DNA from: Candidatus Eiseniibacteriota bacterium
GTDB taxonomy: Bacteria; Eisenbacteria; RBG-16-71-46; CAIMUX01; VGJL01
Assembly (NCBI GenBank): GCA_041946735.1
Contig: JBHGAY010000024.1
Location: 14,715-78,714 of the forward strand
Length of the DNA: 64,000 nt
Direction: 5' to 3'
Below the pieces are notes generated by a model. It searched no databases, was not told the origin of the DNA, and worked only from the letters and a program-made list of their open reading frames with translations. Each line of letters begins with the position of its first letter. The stretch's first letter is position 1. Below, in pieces: positions 30,401-40,570 of this stretch. The translations under genes were made by a program, and so were the position numbers.

Positions 30401-31092
30401 GTTGCGCCTCCTCTTCCTTCGCCTCGCGCGCGATCGTCCGCGACACGGCGTCCGATCGGCGCCGCCGCGCCGCCGGCGTTCACGCGCCGGCCGAGCGCCG
30501 CGGCCTCGTGCTTCGCCCCGTCTTCGAGCGCCGCGCGGAGTTTCCGGCGCGCTCGCTGCAAGATCCCTCGCGCTCCCGACGCGGTGTCGATCGCGAGCAA
30601 TCGGGTGATCTCCTCGACCGGCAGCCCCTCGTAGCACCGCAGCCAGATCGCCTCGCGTTCGAGCGGATCGAGGTGCCGCCGAACGAGCGCCAGCACCGAC
30701 TCCTCGTCGAGCCTCTTCTCGAGCGTTTCGCTCGGATCGGGCGCCGGATCGGCCACGCGCTCGATCCCTTCTTCGTCCTCGTCGAACAGCGGCGAGGGCC
30801 GCCGCACGACGCTCAGGCAATGGTTGCGCGCGATCACGAAGAGCCAGGTCGCGAAGCAGCTGCGCCCTTCGTAGCCGGCGATCCCGCGGTACGCCTTCAA
30901 CAGCGAGTCCTGAGCCAGGTCGAGCGCCTGCTCGTGGTCCCGCACGATCCGGTAGCACCAGAGGTAGACACGCTCCCGGTAGCGCTCGAGGAGGACCGAG
31001 GCGGCCCGCCTCGCCTCCTCGCCCGCACGATCCTCGCGAGCGATGCAGACCAGCTCGGAGTCGTCGAGCAGCGCCAGATCTCGTTCGGTCAC
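30397..31092 (-). CDS. ECF RNA polymerase sigma factor
   Basis: C-terminal part of track ORF 30397..34218: DLAQDSLLKAY, FATWLFVIARNHC (region 2), LDPLEREAIWLR..EGL.VEEI (region 4). Confidence 0.9.
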   Translation of the reverse strand: MTERDLALLDDSELVCIAREDRAGEEARRAASVLLERYRERVYLWCYRIVRDHEQALDLAQDSLLKAYRGIAGYEGRSCFATWLFVIARNHCLSVVRRPSPLFDEDEEGIERVADPAPDPSETLEKRLDEESVLALVRRHLDPLEREAIWLRCYEGLPVEEITRLLAIDTASGARGILQRARRKLRAALEDGAKHEAAALGRRVNAGGAAAPIGRRVADDRARGEGRGGAT

Positions 31093-34043
31093 CCCATGGG
31101 ACGCTCGCTTTCTGAATCCGTCACGCGAACCGTTGCCTCCGGTCCAGGCGGCAGCGTCCGGCCCGCCGCCTCCGGCCGCTCCCCCGCCGCCGAGAATGAG
31201 CGCAACACGATGCCCAGCAGCACGAAGGCGGCGCCGCCGGCGAGGGCGAGCCGGCCCCAGGGCACAGGCCGGGCCGGTTGGATCGGGATCCGAAGGGAGC
31301 CGTCCCCCAGCACGACGAAGCCCGCCCAGAAGAACGGGTGGCGGGTGCGCGGGTCCTCGCGGATCGCCTCGCGCGCGCGCATCAGCGCGCCCGAAACCGT
31401 CGCCCCGCCGGCGAGCTCGTCGTAGAAGCATGCGGCGAAGCGTTGCGCCGCTTCGTCCTCGACCGGCCACAGGGTGGCGGCGACCGAGGAGGCGCCCGAG
31501 CAGAGGAGCGCAGTCGACAACCCCTGCATCCCCTCGCCCGAGACGATCGCCCCTCGCGCCGTGCGGCAGCACGACAGGACGGCCAGGCGTGCCGGAATGC
31601 GGGACGCGGCGATCGCCTTCGCGTGCAGCGGCCGCGCGCCGAGCGCGATCTCCGAGAGCCACGGGCGCCCGTCCTGTCCAAGCGCGTGCGCGGCGAAGTG
31701 GACGACGAGGCGCGGGGCGGCGAGATCGGCGAGGCCGAGCGTGTCGCGCGGCCCGAGGACTCGCAGATCGACCCCGCGATAGGCGCGCGCGATCCGCTTC
31801 GCCTCGCGCGCTGCGCCGGGCAGGCCGATCGTCCCTGCTTGGGGCGCGGCGACCGCCAGGATCGGTCTCGCGAGGAGCGCTTCCGCGCTGGCCGCGCTCG
31901 CGTCCGCGCCGGCCGCGCCCGCTTCCGCCGCCCGGGCTCCGGCCAGGATCGCGGGCGAGGCGATCCTCGTCCACTCGCGGTCCCGGCCGTCCCCTGCGGC
32001 ATCGAACGACTCGAACGGGGCGAGGTGGGCGACGCCGTCTGCGGCGACGAGGATCCGATCGCTCTTCGCCACCCAGTCCCCCAGATCGGGGAGGAGCGCG
32101 CGGCAGAGCGCGGCGGCCGCCATCCGGCATTCGCGCACCCCGGCGCCTCGCGCGGAGTCCGGGCTCGCGAAGAGGTCGAGGACGAGCCGCACGCCCGGCT
32201 CGATCTCCCCTTCGGGAGGAAGCGAGCGGACGCAGCAGGAATCGCGCGTGAACGCGAAGAGCCAGCTCGCCCGGCCGCCGAGATGGTAGTCGAGGAGCAG
32301 CTCGCCGGGCTCGAGCGGCGGCAGGAGCGCCGACGCGGCCGCGCTGCGCGGCAACGCCGTCGCCGGCCCCGCGATCCGCTCGAGGAGCGTTCGCGCCTTG
32401 AAGACGGCGACCCGCTCGTACGCGGCGCGCACCGCGCTCGGTCCCGCCGCCTTCTCCGGATCGGCGCCGAGGAGAAGACCGGCCAGGCTCGTCGCGATGC
32501 TCCGTCCCGCGGCGCTGCGCTGTTCGCGCCACTCGGGATCGAGCGGCAGCCCGCGCTGCGCCTCCCAGACGCGAGCCGCGGCTTCGAGCGACGCGCGCGC
32601 GCTGTCCGGCCGCCCGAGATCGACGAACGCGCGCGCCAGCGCGAGGAGCGTCTCGAGCCGGACCGCATCGAGGCCCGGTCTGGCCGAGAGCCCAGCAGCG
32701 AGGCGCAGGGGCGCCAGCGCCTCCGCGGGCCGTCCCTCCTCGACACGCAGCTCGCCGAGCCGCGCTGCGAGCCTTCCTCTCTCCTCGGGACCGTCGATCT
32801 CCGCGCGCGCGAGCGCCCCTTCGAGGATTGCGATCGCCTCGGCCCTCTCCTGCGCGCTCTCGCACGTGCGGGCGAAGGCGGCGAGCGCCGCCGCCCGCGT
32901 CGCCGCCGGGGCCGGCGGATCCGCCGCGAGAATCTGACGGAAGATGCGGCGCGCCTCGCGCGTCCGGCCCTGCGACGCCCGTGTCTGCCCGAGCTGCCGT
33001 AACAGCTTCGCCCGCAGATCGCCGTATCCCTCCCGCTCGCAGATCGCGAGCATCGCCTCGAGCGAATCGCATGCCTGCTCCGGATCCCCGAGCTCCGCGG
33101 CGCAGAGGGCGAGATTCATCCCTGGGACGATCGACTCCCGCATCTCTCCGTAATCCCGATAGCTCGCCAGAGCCTCGTCGAACGCGGTCGCCGCTTTCGC
33201 CGGATCTCCGAGCCGGTACTCGAGAGTGCCGAGATTGTTGCGGGCGAGGCACGTCACCATCGGATACCGGCAGGAATCGGCGAGGACCGCCGCTCGCGCG
33301 AACTCCTCGCGCGACCGCTCGTAGGCGCCCGTTCTCCCGAGAGCCACGCCGCGCGAGTTCCGAGCCCACGCCTCGCCGCGCCGCTCCCCTCCTGCCCGGA
33401 AGAGCGCGATCGCGCGATCGAGCGTCGACGCCGCCTCCACCGCGCTGCCTCGCACGACCTGGTCCCACCCGATGCCGACGAGCGCCCAACCTTCCTGGAC
33501 GCGATCCCCGCGAAGGCGCGCGAGGACAGCAAGCGAGTCGTAGAGCGCGCGCGCCTCCTCGGTCCGTCCCTGATTGGCGACGGCGACCGAGAGCCAGCGG
33601 ATCGCGACGCAGGCGGAGGCGGAATCGCCGCGTGCGCGCGCGATCGCGAGGCAACGACGGAGGATCGTCTCGCCTTCGCGCGCCGCGCCGATCGATGCGC
33701 GCAGCTCCCCCTCGCGGAGCCCGAGCCACAGCATCCGTCCCGAGTCGCCCTGCGCTTCGGCCTGCTCGCGCAGGCGCTCGATCGCGGGGAGCGCGGAGTC
33801 GGGCCGTCCGGCGAGACGGAGGCGCTCGACCCTCGCGAGATCCGGCGCGAGAGGGGTCGCAGGAGGGAGGAGCGGGCGCGGGCGCGACAACGCGCGCGAA
33901 GCCAGCGACGGCGCAGGCACCGCGGCGCAGGCGGCCCCGAAGGCGCCCGCGCAGGCGGCGGCGAACACGAGCGCGAGCGCGCAGGCGCCGCGGCGCAGCC
34001 GCAACGCTCGCTCGCCCTTCGCGATCGACCGCAGGGATCGCAT
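31089..34043 (-). CDS. TPR + CHAT (caspase-like) protease with N-terminal signal/anchor and C-terminal TM helix
   Basis: TPR-like helices (ARNNLG...), VHFAAHA (His), VLSCCRT (Cys), VAATLWPVED, HPFFWAGFVVLG; hydrophobic termini. Confidence 0.88.
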   Translation of the reverse strand: MRSLRSIAKGERALRLRRGACALALVFAAACAGAFGAACAAVPAPSLASRALSRPRPLLPPATPLAPDLARVERLRLAGRPDSALPAIERLREQAEAQGDSGRMLWLGLREGELRASIGAAREGETILRRCLAIARARGDSASACVAIRWLSVAVANQGRTEEARALYDSLAVLARLRGDRVQEGWALVGIGWDQVVRGSAVEAASTLDRAIALFRAGGERRGEAWARNSRGVALGRTGAYERSREEFARAAVLADSCRYPMVTCLARNNLGTLEYRLGDPAKAATAFDEALASYRDYGEMRESIVPGMNLALCAAELGDPEQACDSLEAMLAICEREGYGDLRAKLLRQLGQTRASQGRTREARRIFRQILAADPPAPAATRAAALAAFARTCESAQERAEAIAILEGALARAEIDGPEERGRLAARLGELRVEEGRPAEALAPLRLAAGLSARPGLDAVRLETLLALARAFVDLGRPDSARASLEAAARVWEAQRGLPLDPEWREQRSAAGRSIATSLAGLLLGADPEKAAGPSAVRAAYERVAVFKARTLLERIAGPATALPRSAAASALLPPLEPGELLLDYHLGGRASWLFAFTRDSCCVRSLPPEGEIEPGVRLVLDLFASPDSARGAGVRECRMAAAALCRALLPDLGDWVAKSDRILVAADGVAHLAPFESFDAAGDGRDREWTRIASPAILAGARAAEAGAAGADASAASAEALLARPILAVAAPQAGTIGLPGAAREAKRIARAYRGVDLRVLGPRDTLGLADLAAPRLVVHFAAHALGQDGRPWLSEIALGARPLHAKAIAASRIPARLAVLSCCRTARGAIVSGEGMQGLSTALLCSGASSVAATLWPVEDEAAQRFAACFYDELAGGATVSGALMRAREAIREDPRTRHPFFWAGFVVLGDGSLRIPIQPARPVPWGRLALAGGAAFVLLGIVLRSFSAAGERPEAAGRTLPPGPEATVRVTDSESERPMG

Positions 34044-34228
34044 GGCCGGTCGGCCGTCCAACGCCAAAGGCCCCTCCGCGGCACGAGTGAAAACCGCGTG
34101 AACCAGTGTACGCCGGTCGGATGATTGCGCCAGCCCTCTTCCCCCGCGTCGAACTGCCTCGCCGCCGCGCCGCTGTTCCCCGGCCGCCCCGCGTCTGGTA
34201 GCTTGTCCGGTCCCCCAAGGAGGAACCG

Positions 34229-36022
34229 ATGCACGAACGGCCTGTCCTGATGGTCGTCGACGACGACAGCGAGAGTCTGCACCGCCTCTACGAGGCGCTC
34301 GACCGGCGGCTCCACGCCGACTACCGGGTCTCCGCCCACACCTCCGCAGCCGAAGCGGTCGCCGAGCTGCGCCGCATCAAGGAGCTTGGACATGCGGTCG
34401 CGCTCGTGATCGCCGATCAGTGGATGCCGGAGATGACCGGAATCGACCTGCTCGGCGAAGCGCATCTGCTCCATCCTTCGGCGCAGCGGGCGCTGCTCGT
34501 CGATTGGGGGGATCGCACCGCGTCGCCGACCATCCTGCAGGGATGCGCGCTGGGCAAGCTGGAGAACTACATCACGAAGCCCTGGTCGCCCCCCGAGGTG
34601 CACCTCTATCCGCTCGTGGACCAGTTCCTCGCCGACTGGACGCGCGCACACCGCCCACAGATGGAGCTGGTCCGGATCGTCACCGGCCATCCCTCTCCAC
34701 GCGGCCACGAAATTCGCGACCTTCTCGTGCGAAGCGGGATCCCGCACGGCTACCACCTCGTTGACTCGGAGACCGGCCATCGACTTCTCGAGCAGACCGG
34801 GCAGGACGGCTCGCGCCTCCCGCTCGTGATCCTGCTCGACGGCCACACGCTGGTCGATCCGACGAACGAGGAGATCTACGACGCGCTGGGCGCCTCGAAC
34901 ATGGAGGATCGCTTCTGCGACCTGCTCGTGATCGGCGGCGGCCCGGCCGGACTCGCCGCGGCCGTTTACGGAGCGTCCGAGGGCTTGTCGACCCTCGTGG
35001 TCGAGCGCGAGGCGATCGGAGGGCAGGCGTCGACGGCCGCGCTCATCCGCAACTACCTCGGCTTCCCCGCCGGAATCAGCGGCGCCGATCTCGCGCAGCG
35101 CGCCTACAACCAGGCGTGGCTCTTCGGCGCGAAGTTCGTCTTCGCGAGAGGCGCCGTCTCGCTTCACGCGAAGGGGACGAAGAGGATCGTGACGCTTTCC
35201 GACGGCACGGAGATCACCGCCCGCGCGGTCCTGATCGCGACCGGCGCCTCCTATCGCCGGCTGAACATTCCGAGCGTCGACCGGTTCTCGGGCGCCGGCG
35301 TCTTCTACATCATCCCCTCCCGGGTCTCGCTCTTCCGCGGGCAGAACATCTACATCGCCGGCGGTGGCAACTCGGCCGGCCAGGCGGTCGTGCATCTCGC
35401 CAAGCAGGCGGACCACGTGACCTTGCTCGTGCGGGGAGACTCGCTCGAGAAGGGGATGTCCGACTATCTCGTCCAGCAGATCCGGCAGACGCCGAACGTC
35501 ACGGTGCGGCTGCGGACGGAAGTGATCGGCGGCGAGGGGAACGAGACGCTCGAGCGGATCGTCCTGAGGGACCATGCGGCCGGAAAGGACGAGACGCTCG
35601 GGCTCGACGTCCTCTACGTGCTGATCGGCGCTCTCCCTCACACCGACTGGCTCGGCGCGGCGGTGCAACGCGACCGCAATGGCTTCGTCCGTACGGGCCG
35701 CGAGGTCGACACAGGCCGCGCGGCCGGCTGGCCGGCGGGGACCTGGCCGTCGAGGTTCGCCACGAGCCTTCCGGGCGTCTACGCGGTCGGCGACGTCCGG
35801 CTCGGTTCGGTCAAGCGAGTGGCTTCCGCGGTGGGCGAGGGGTCGGTCGCCGTCCAGTACATCCACGACTACCTGGACGATCCCATTTCCCTGGAGGATG
35901 CCGGTTCGATCCTTGCCGGCGATACGGCGCGGATCGAGGGTCTCCCGACTCCGGAGCGCGTCTCGGTGGAGGCTGCAACGGCGGCGGCGAAGATGGAGGA
36001 ACTGCCCCCCGGCCGGGTGTAG
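34229..36022 (+). CDS. receiver domain fused to a thioredoxin-reductase-like FAD oxidoreductase
   Basis: VVDDD...IADQWMP (REC); IGGGPAG, IRNYLGFP, GGGNSAGQA, AVGDVR...KRVASAVGEG. Confidence 0.9.
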   Translation: MHERPVLMVVDDDSESLHRLYEALDRRLHADYRVSAHTSAAEAVAELRRIKELGHAVALVIADQWMPEMTGIDLLGEAHLLHPSAQRALLVDWGDRTASPTILQGCALGKLENYITKPWSPPEVHLYPLVDQFLADWTRAHRPQMELVRIVTGHPSPRGHEIRDLLVRSGIPHGYHLVDSETGHRLLEQTGQDGSRLPLVILLDGHTLVDPTNEEIYDALGASNMEDRFCDLLVIGGGPAGLAAAVYGASEGLSTLVVEREAIGGQASTAALIRNYLGFPAGISGADLAQRAYNQAWLFGAKFVFARGAVSLHAKGTKRIVTLSDGTEITARAVLIATGASYRRLNIPSVDRFSGAGVFYIIPSRVSLFRGQNIYIAGGGNSAGQAVVHLAKQADHVTLLVRGDSLEKGMSDYLVQQIRQTPNVTVRLRTEVIGGEGNETLERIVLRDHAAGKDETLGLDVLYVLIGALPHTDWLGAAVQRDRNGFVRTGREVDTGRAAGWPAGTWPSRFATSLPGVYAVGDVRLGSVKRVASAVGEGSVAVQYIHDYLDDPISLEDAGSILAGDTARIEGLPTPERVSVEAATAAAKMEELPPGRV

Positions 36023-36033
36023 ACTGGGCGCCA

Positions 36034-36666
36034 ATGAGCGCCCCGCTGCGACCGGAGAGTTGCCCGTGCGTGCCCACGCGCGAAAAGGGTACTCGACACA
36101 CCCTACACGCTTTCGCGCTTCTCGGGTTCGTCGTTGTGCTCGTGCTCGCGGGCACGCCGGGCTGCTACACGCAGATCGCTCCGTCCCTGACGATTCCCCC
36201 GCCGGTCGCGGAGTCCCCTCCGGATCGGATCACCGAGGAGCAGGAGGCGGACGGAGACGGTATCGTCACCCGCTCGATCGGTCCGCTCGGCTTCACGCTT
36301 TCCGTGCAGCCGACGCGCTTCCGCGCCGGCGACCCCGTCGTCATCGAGATCACGCTCGACAACTCGAGCCCGACCTTCCCCTATGAGCGCACCTTCCCGA
36401 GCGGCTGCAACGTGGCGTTCGAGGTGCGCGACGAGGGAGGGAGGCTGATCGGGCCGTACCGTGTCTGCGACAACTACGGGAGCGAGATCGTCCTCGCCCC
36501 CGCCGAGCGCCGGATCTACCGCTACGAATACTATGGCGGCGAGCAGGGATACTTCGGCGGCGAGGGCGAGCTCGAGCCGGGCCGCTACTGGGTCACGGCC
36601 GGCTTCGTCAGCGGGTCGAGCCTGATGCCCACCGTTCCGCCCGTCGCAATCGAACTGCTGCCCTAG
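36034..36666 (+). CDS. putative lipoprotein, BsuPI-like Ig domain
   Basis: Hydrophobic stretch ending TPGC; TFPSGC..AFEVRD..G and LEPGRY.V pattern; start uncertain. Confidence 0.6.
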   Translation: MSAPLRPESCPCVPTREKGTRHTLHAFALLGFVVVLVLAGTPGCYTQIAPSLTIPPPVAESPPDRITEEQEADGDGIVTRSIGPLGFTLSVQPTRFRAGDPVVIEITLDNSSPTFPYERTFPSGCNVAFEVRDEGGRLIGPYRVCDNYGSEIVLAPAERRIYRYEYYGGEQGYFGGEGELEPGRYWVTAGFVSGSSLMPTVPPVAIELLP

Positions 36667-36716
36667 CTTCCGGCCCTAGCTTCCGCTCGGGCAGATTGCC
36701 CGGCTGTCCCGCCTGA

Positions 36717-37151
36717 TCAGGACGAACGATCCCGCCCGACCGCGCCAGCCCGTAGCAGCCCGATCCCGAGCAGCAGCACGGACGCCGCAAGCACGACGCC
36801 GCCCGCGTACGTGAAGCCGATCATCCCGCTCGGCGACGTCGCGTCCGGCGTGAGAACGGAGAGGAAGAATCCGAGCGGCATCAGGATCGCCGCGATCGGG
36901 ATACCGTGACGTGCTACCCAGAGCCACGGGCGGCCGAGCCGCGCATGATCCACATAGCGAAGCGCGACCAGGCTCAGAACGAGTAGCACGCCGGCGTGCG
37001 CGTGCCCGGCGCGCCAGAGGTCCTGGCGAAGCGGGTTGGCCTGGTACGCCGGATCACGAATCAGAAGCGTCAGAAGGCTCGCGCCGCCGAACATGACGGT
37101 CGGCAGCACGACCAGGAGGATTCCCGCAAGGCGCCTCGACTCCCAGCTCAT
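36717..37151 (-). CDS. hypothetical membrane protein
   Basis: Four TM helices, WRAGHAHAGVLLVLSL motif. Confidence 0.75.
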   Translation of the reverse strand: MSWESRRLAGILLVVLPTVMFGGASLLTLLIRDPAYQANPLRQDLWRAGHAHAGVLLVLSLVALRYVDHARLGRPWLWVARHGIPIAAILMPLGFFLSVLTPDATSPSGMIGFTYAGGVVLAASVLLLGIGLLRAGAVGRDRSS

Positions 37152-37262
37152 CGACGGCCCTCGCTCCGCGGCCGGCGGCGTAACGGGCGGTCGTCGTCCC
37201 ATCGTCGTCGTCCTCCATCACGGCCAATCCGGATCCCGTGGTCTCCGCTGCTCGCGCACCGC

Positions 37263-38120
37263 TCAGCCGGTCGGCAGCGAGCGCGGCTTCTTCCCGCGCG
37301 GAAACGCGCGATCGATCTCCGCGATCTCCTCGGGCGACAGAACGAGATCTCCGGCGGTTGCGTTCTCCTCGACGTGCGCGGCGTTCGCCGACATCGGGAT
37401 CGTGAAGAGCGGCTCCTCACGGACGAGGAAAGCCAGCGCGACCGCCGCCGGCGTCACGCCGTGCGCCTCGCCGATCCGTCGCAGCACCCCGGCCGAAGCG
37501 CCGTCCTTCTCACCCTTCGCGCCCAGGGCGTGCCGCGCGCCGAGCGGCGTGTACCCGACGACGGCGATCCCGAGCGCGCGGCAGGCCGGGAGCAGTTCGT
37601 GCTCGATCCCGCGCTGCTCGAGATTGTACAAAACCTGATTGCACGCGATCCTGCCCGGCCCGGCGATCGCCACCGCCTCCTGCACGTCCCGCGCATCGAA
37701 GTTCGACACGCCGTAGGAGAGGATCTTCCCCTCGTTCCGCAGCTCCTCGAAGGCGCCGAGCGTCTCGCGCAGCGGGACAGAGCTGGGCCAGTGCAGCAGG
37801 TAGCAGTCGAGCCGGTCGGTCCGCAGACGCCGCAGCGAGGCCTCGCACGCGCGGCGCACGCCGTCGCGCGTGGCATTCGACGGCAAGACCTTGCTCACCA
37901 GGAACACCTCGTCGCGCCGCCCCGGAATCGCCTCGGCGATCACCTCCTCGGCGCGGCCCGATCCGTACATCTCCGCGGTGTCGAGATGCGTCATGCCCAG
38001 GTCCAGGGCGCGACGGATCGCGCGGACCGCTTCTCCACGGTCCGCCTGCTCGATCCGCCAGGTTCCCTCCCCGATCAAGGGGACGGGGACGCCGGTCGGC
38101 CCGAAGGGTCGCTTGCGCAT
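37263..38120 (-). CDS. aldo/keto reductase
   Basis: IGEGTW, LDTAEMYG, YLLHWP, GVSNF, NQVLYNL. Confidence 0.93.
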   Translation of the reverse strand: MRKRPFGPTGVPVPLIGEGTWRIEQADRGEAVRAIRRALDLGMTHLDTAEMYGSGRAEEVIAEAIPGRRDEVFLVSKVLPSNATRDGVRRACEASLRRLRTDRLDCYLLHWPSSVPLRETLGAFEELRNEGKILSYGVSNFDARDVQEAVAIAGPGRIACNQVLYNLEQRGIEHELLPACRALGIAVVGYTPLGARHALGAKGEKDGASAGVLRRIGEAHGVTPAAVALAFLVREEPLFTIPMSANAAHVEENATAGDLVLSPEEIAEIDRAFPRGKKPRSLPTG

Positions 38121-38318
38121 GCCCCGCCAGTCTACGAGGATCGGGCGGCCCGGCGTCAGCGTGCGAGCGTCGGGAGGTGGGCGGGCGAGGCGGCCGAAAG
38201 CCCGGGAACATTCGCTTGGCGGCCGCGCGCCCGACGGCGATACTGGCCCGTCGGCAATCCGCGCATTCGCGCGCTCCGGTCGAGCGAGCGCCGCTTCGCC
38301 GGAGAAAGGAGACGCGAC

Positions 38319-38912
38319 GTGACGAAACGGATCCTCCTCGCCGGCCTGGCCGGCGGCATCGTTCTCTTCGTCTGGAGCAGCTTCTCGCACATGGCCCTGC
38401 CCATCGGCGAGATGGGGCTGTCGACGCTCGGCCACGAGCAGCCGGTCCTCGATGCGCTGCGCGCGAACGTGGACGCCGACGGGCTCTACTTCTATCCGCA
38501 GATGCCGCCCGGCATGGCAGGACGGAAAGCGCAGGAGCAATGGGCGCAGAAGATCCGCTCGGGACCGTCGGGACTCCTGCTGATCCACGTCGCCGGGAGC
38601 GAGCCGATGACCCCCTGGCAGATCGTGATCGAGCTGCTGACGAATCTGATCGCCTGCATCCTCGTCGCGGCCCTCCTCTGGTGGCTGCACATTCGCCCGC
38701 TCTCGGCCGGGTTCGTCGGCGCATTGCTCGGCTTCCTCGGATGGCTGAACATCAGCGCGTCGTACTGGAACTGGTACGGCTTCCCGGCCGCCTTCGTGAT
38801 CGGCGAAGGAATCGACCAGATCATCGGGTGGTTCCTCGCGGGGCTCGTGATCTCCGCCGTGCTTTGGACCGGCGCCCGCCGCTTCGCGCGCCGGGCGACC
38901 GTGGCCGCGTGA
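38319..38912 (+). CDS. hypothetical membrane protein
   Basis: AAAGGAG RBS; several TM helices; GLYFYP and YWNWYGFP motifs. Confidence 0.75.
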   Translation: MTKRILLAGLAGGIVLFVWSSFSHMALPIGEMGLSTLGHEQPVLDALRANVDADGLYFYPQMPPGMAGRKAQEQWAQKIRSGPSGLLLIHVAGSEPMTPWQIVIELLTNLIACILVAALLWWLHIRPLSAGFVGALLGFLGWLNISASYWNWYGFPAAFVIGEGIDQIIGWFLAGLVISAVLWTGARRFARRATVAA

Positions 38913-39280
38913 GCCGGCCGGCCTCGCGGCGCGCGGCCTGAGCCGCCGCCGGTCGCTCGAGCCGGGACAATCAGCGCGGCGACACCGGCGAGATCCTCGC
39001 CGGCGCCGGACCCGCTCCGGCCGCGCCGCTCGGGCCGTGCCACCCGGGCCCCCGTCCCCCGCCGCCTGATTCCCGCCGCCTGATCCCCGCCTGCCCCGGC
39101 GCTCCCCCGCCTTTCGAGAGCCCGACCGTCCCCGCGTCGACCCGGCCGTCGTCCCTGCGTCGACCCGACCGCGCCGATCGGTGTACCATCGCCGCCCGAG
39201 GCGCCGGGCGTGGCCGCCTCCCCCGTTTCGCCCGGCATCGAAGGGCGGACGGCGGGCGGGAGGCGGCAGGAAGGGAAGGG

Positions 39281-40570
39281 ATGCGAAGACGAGGCCTCTG
39301 GATTCTCCTCGGCACGGTGCTGCTCGCTGCCGCGGTCGTTCTGCTCTCCGGATTCCCGCTGACCGGCAAGGTCAAGATCCCCACGGCGAAGGTGCGGAAG
39401 GGCGATTTCCTGATCTCCCTGAAGGCGACCGGCGAGGTCCAGGCCAAGCGGGCCTACACCGTCGTCGCCCCGCGCATCCGGAACATCCAGATCACCTGGA
39501 TGGCCCCGGAGGGGAGCATGGTCAAGGCCGGCGACGCGGTCATCCGCTTCGACTCCAGCCAGCAGCAGGCCGATCTGGCGGAGAACCAGTCGTCCCTCCA
39601 GATCAGCCAGACCGCGCTCCAGCGGCAGAAGACGGAGTACGAGATCCAACAGAAGGAGCTTTCGCTCGAGCTGCGTCGCGCCCAGCGAGCCTACGACGAG
39701 CAGAAGCACGAAGCGCCGAAGGTCGCCGAGGAGGCGCGGCTCGCGCTCGAGCTCGCCGAGCTGAACGCGAAGGCGAAGCTCGACCAGATCGAGGCCGACA
39801 TCCGCAAGGCGGAGCTCGAGGTGCAGCGCGCCGAGGACAAGGTCGACCTCGCCCAGAAGGAGCTCGACCAGATGACGCTGACCGCCCCGATCCCGGGGAT
39901 GGTCGTCTATCTCGAGATCTGGAAGGGAAGCACCATGGGGAAGGTCCAGGAGGGCGACTCTCCCTGGCCGGGACAGGGATTGATCAACCTGCCCGACCTG
40001 GGCGAGATGATCGTCAACGCGACGGTCTCCGAGGTGGACGCGAGCCGCGTCGACGCCGGCCAGGAGGCTCTCGTCACGCTCGACGCCTTCCCTGACGTCC
40101 GCTTCCAGGGGAAGGTGACCCGCAAGGGAACGCTCGCGCGCCGCAAGGAGCCCGACTCGAAGATCAACGTCTTCGACGTCGAGATCGCGATCGACGACGT
40201 CGACGAGCGCCTGAAGCCCGGAATGTCCGCTTCCGCTCAGATCGTCGTCGACAAGATCCCCGACGTCGTCTCGGTCCCGCTCGAGGCGGTGTTCGAGTCG
40301 GCCGGCTCGCCGGTCGTCTACCTCGAGAATCGCAAGCCGCACACCGTCGCGGTCGGCCGCCGCAATGACATGGAGATCGAGATCACCTCGGGACTCGCCG
40401 GCGACGAGACGATCTGCCTCGTCGACCCGAAGATCGCGCGCCACGGCCTCCCCGGGGATCGCGCCACCGAGCCGGAGCTGAACCGCGGTCGGACCGCCCC
40501 GTCTCCCGCTCCCACAACGTCCGAGCCGGCCGCGGCCCCCGCGCGACGCGGCCGGGCGAAGTCCGGATGA
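39281..40570 (+). CDS. periplasmic adaptor (MacA/HlyD-like)
   Basis: N-terminal TM, EGSMVKAGD, long coiled coil, TAPIPGMV, LKPGMSA. Confidence 0.9.
   Translation: MRRRGLWILLGTVLLAAAVVLLSGFPLTGKVKIPTAKVRKGDFLISLKATGEVQAKRAYTVVAPRIRNIQITWMAPEGSMVKAGDAVIRFDSSQQQADLAENQSSLQISQTALQRQKTEYEIQQKELSLELRRAQRAYDEQKHEAPKVAEEARLALELAELNAKAKLDQIEADIRKAELEVQRAEDKVDLAQKELDQMTLTAPIPGMVVYLEIWKGSTMGKVQEGDSPWPGQGLINLPDLGEMIVNATVSEVDASRVDAGQEALVTLDAFPDVRFQGKVTRKGTLARRKEPDSKINVFDVEIAIDDVDERLKPGMSASAQIVVDKIPDVVSVPLEAVFESAGSPVVYLENRKPHTVAVGRRNDMEIEITSGLAGDETICLVDPKIARHGLPGDRATEPELNRGRTAPSPAPTTSEPAAAPARRGRAKSG

Noticed and set aside
31089..34043. CHAT protease as a CRISPR-associated (Craspase-like) effector of the I-G locus
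   Set aside because: Over 20 kb from the cas genes, with predicted membrane anchors and no type III components
30397..34218. 1273-aa ORF as a giant sigma-factor fusion
   Set aside because: Only the last 231 aa are sigma-like; the rest is an off-frame overlay of the CHAT gene
35116..36666. 516-aa ORF
   Set aside because: Only the 3' ~210 codons look coding; the rest overlaps the oxidoreductase gene
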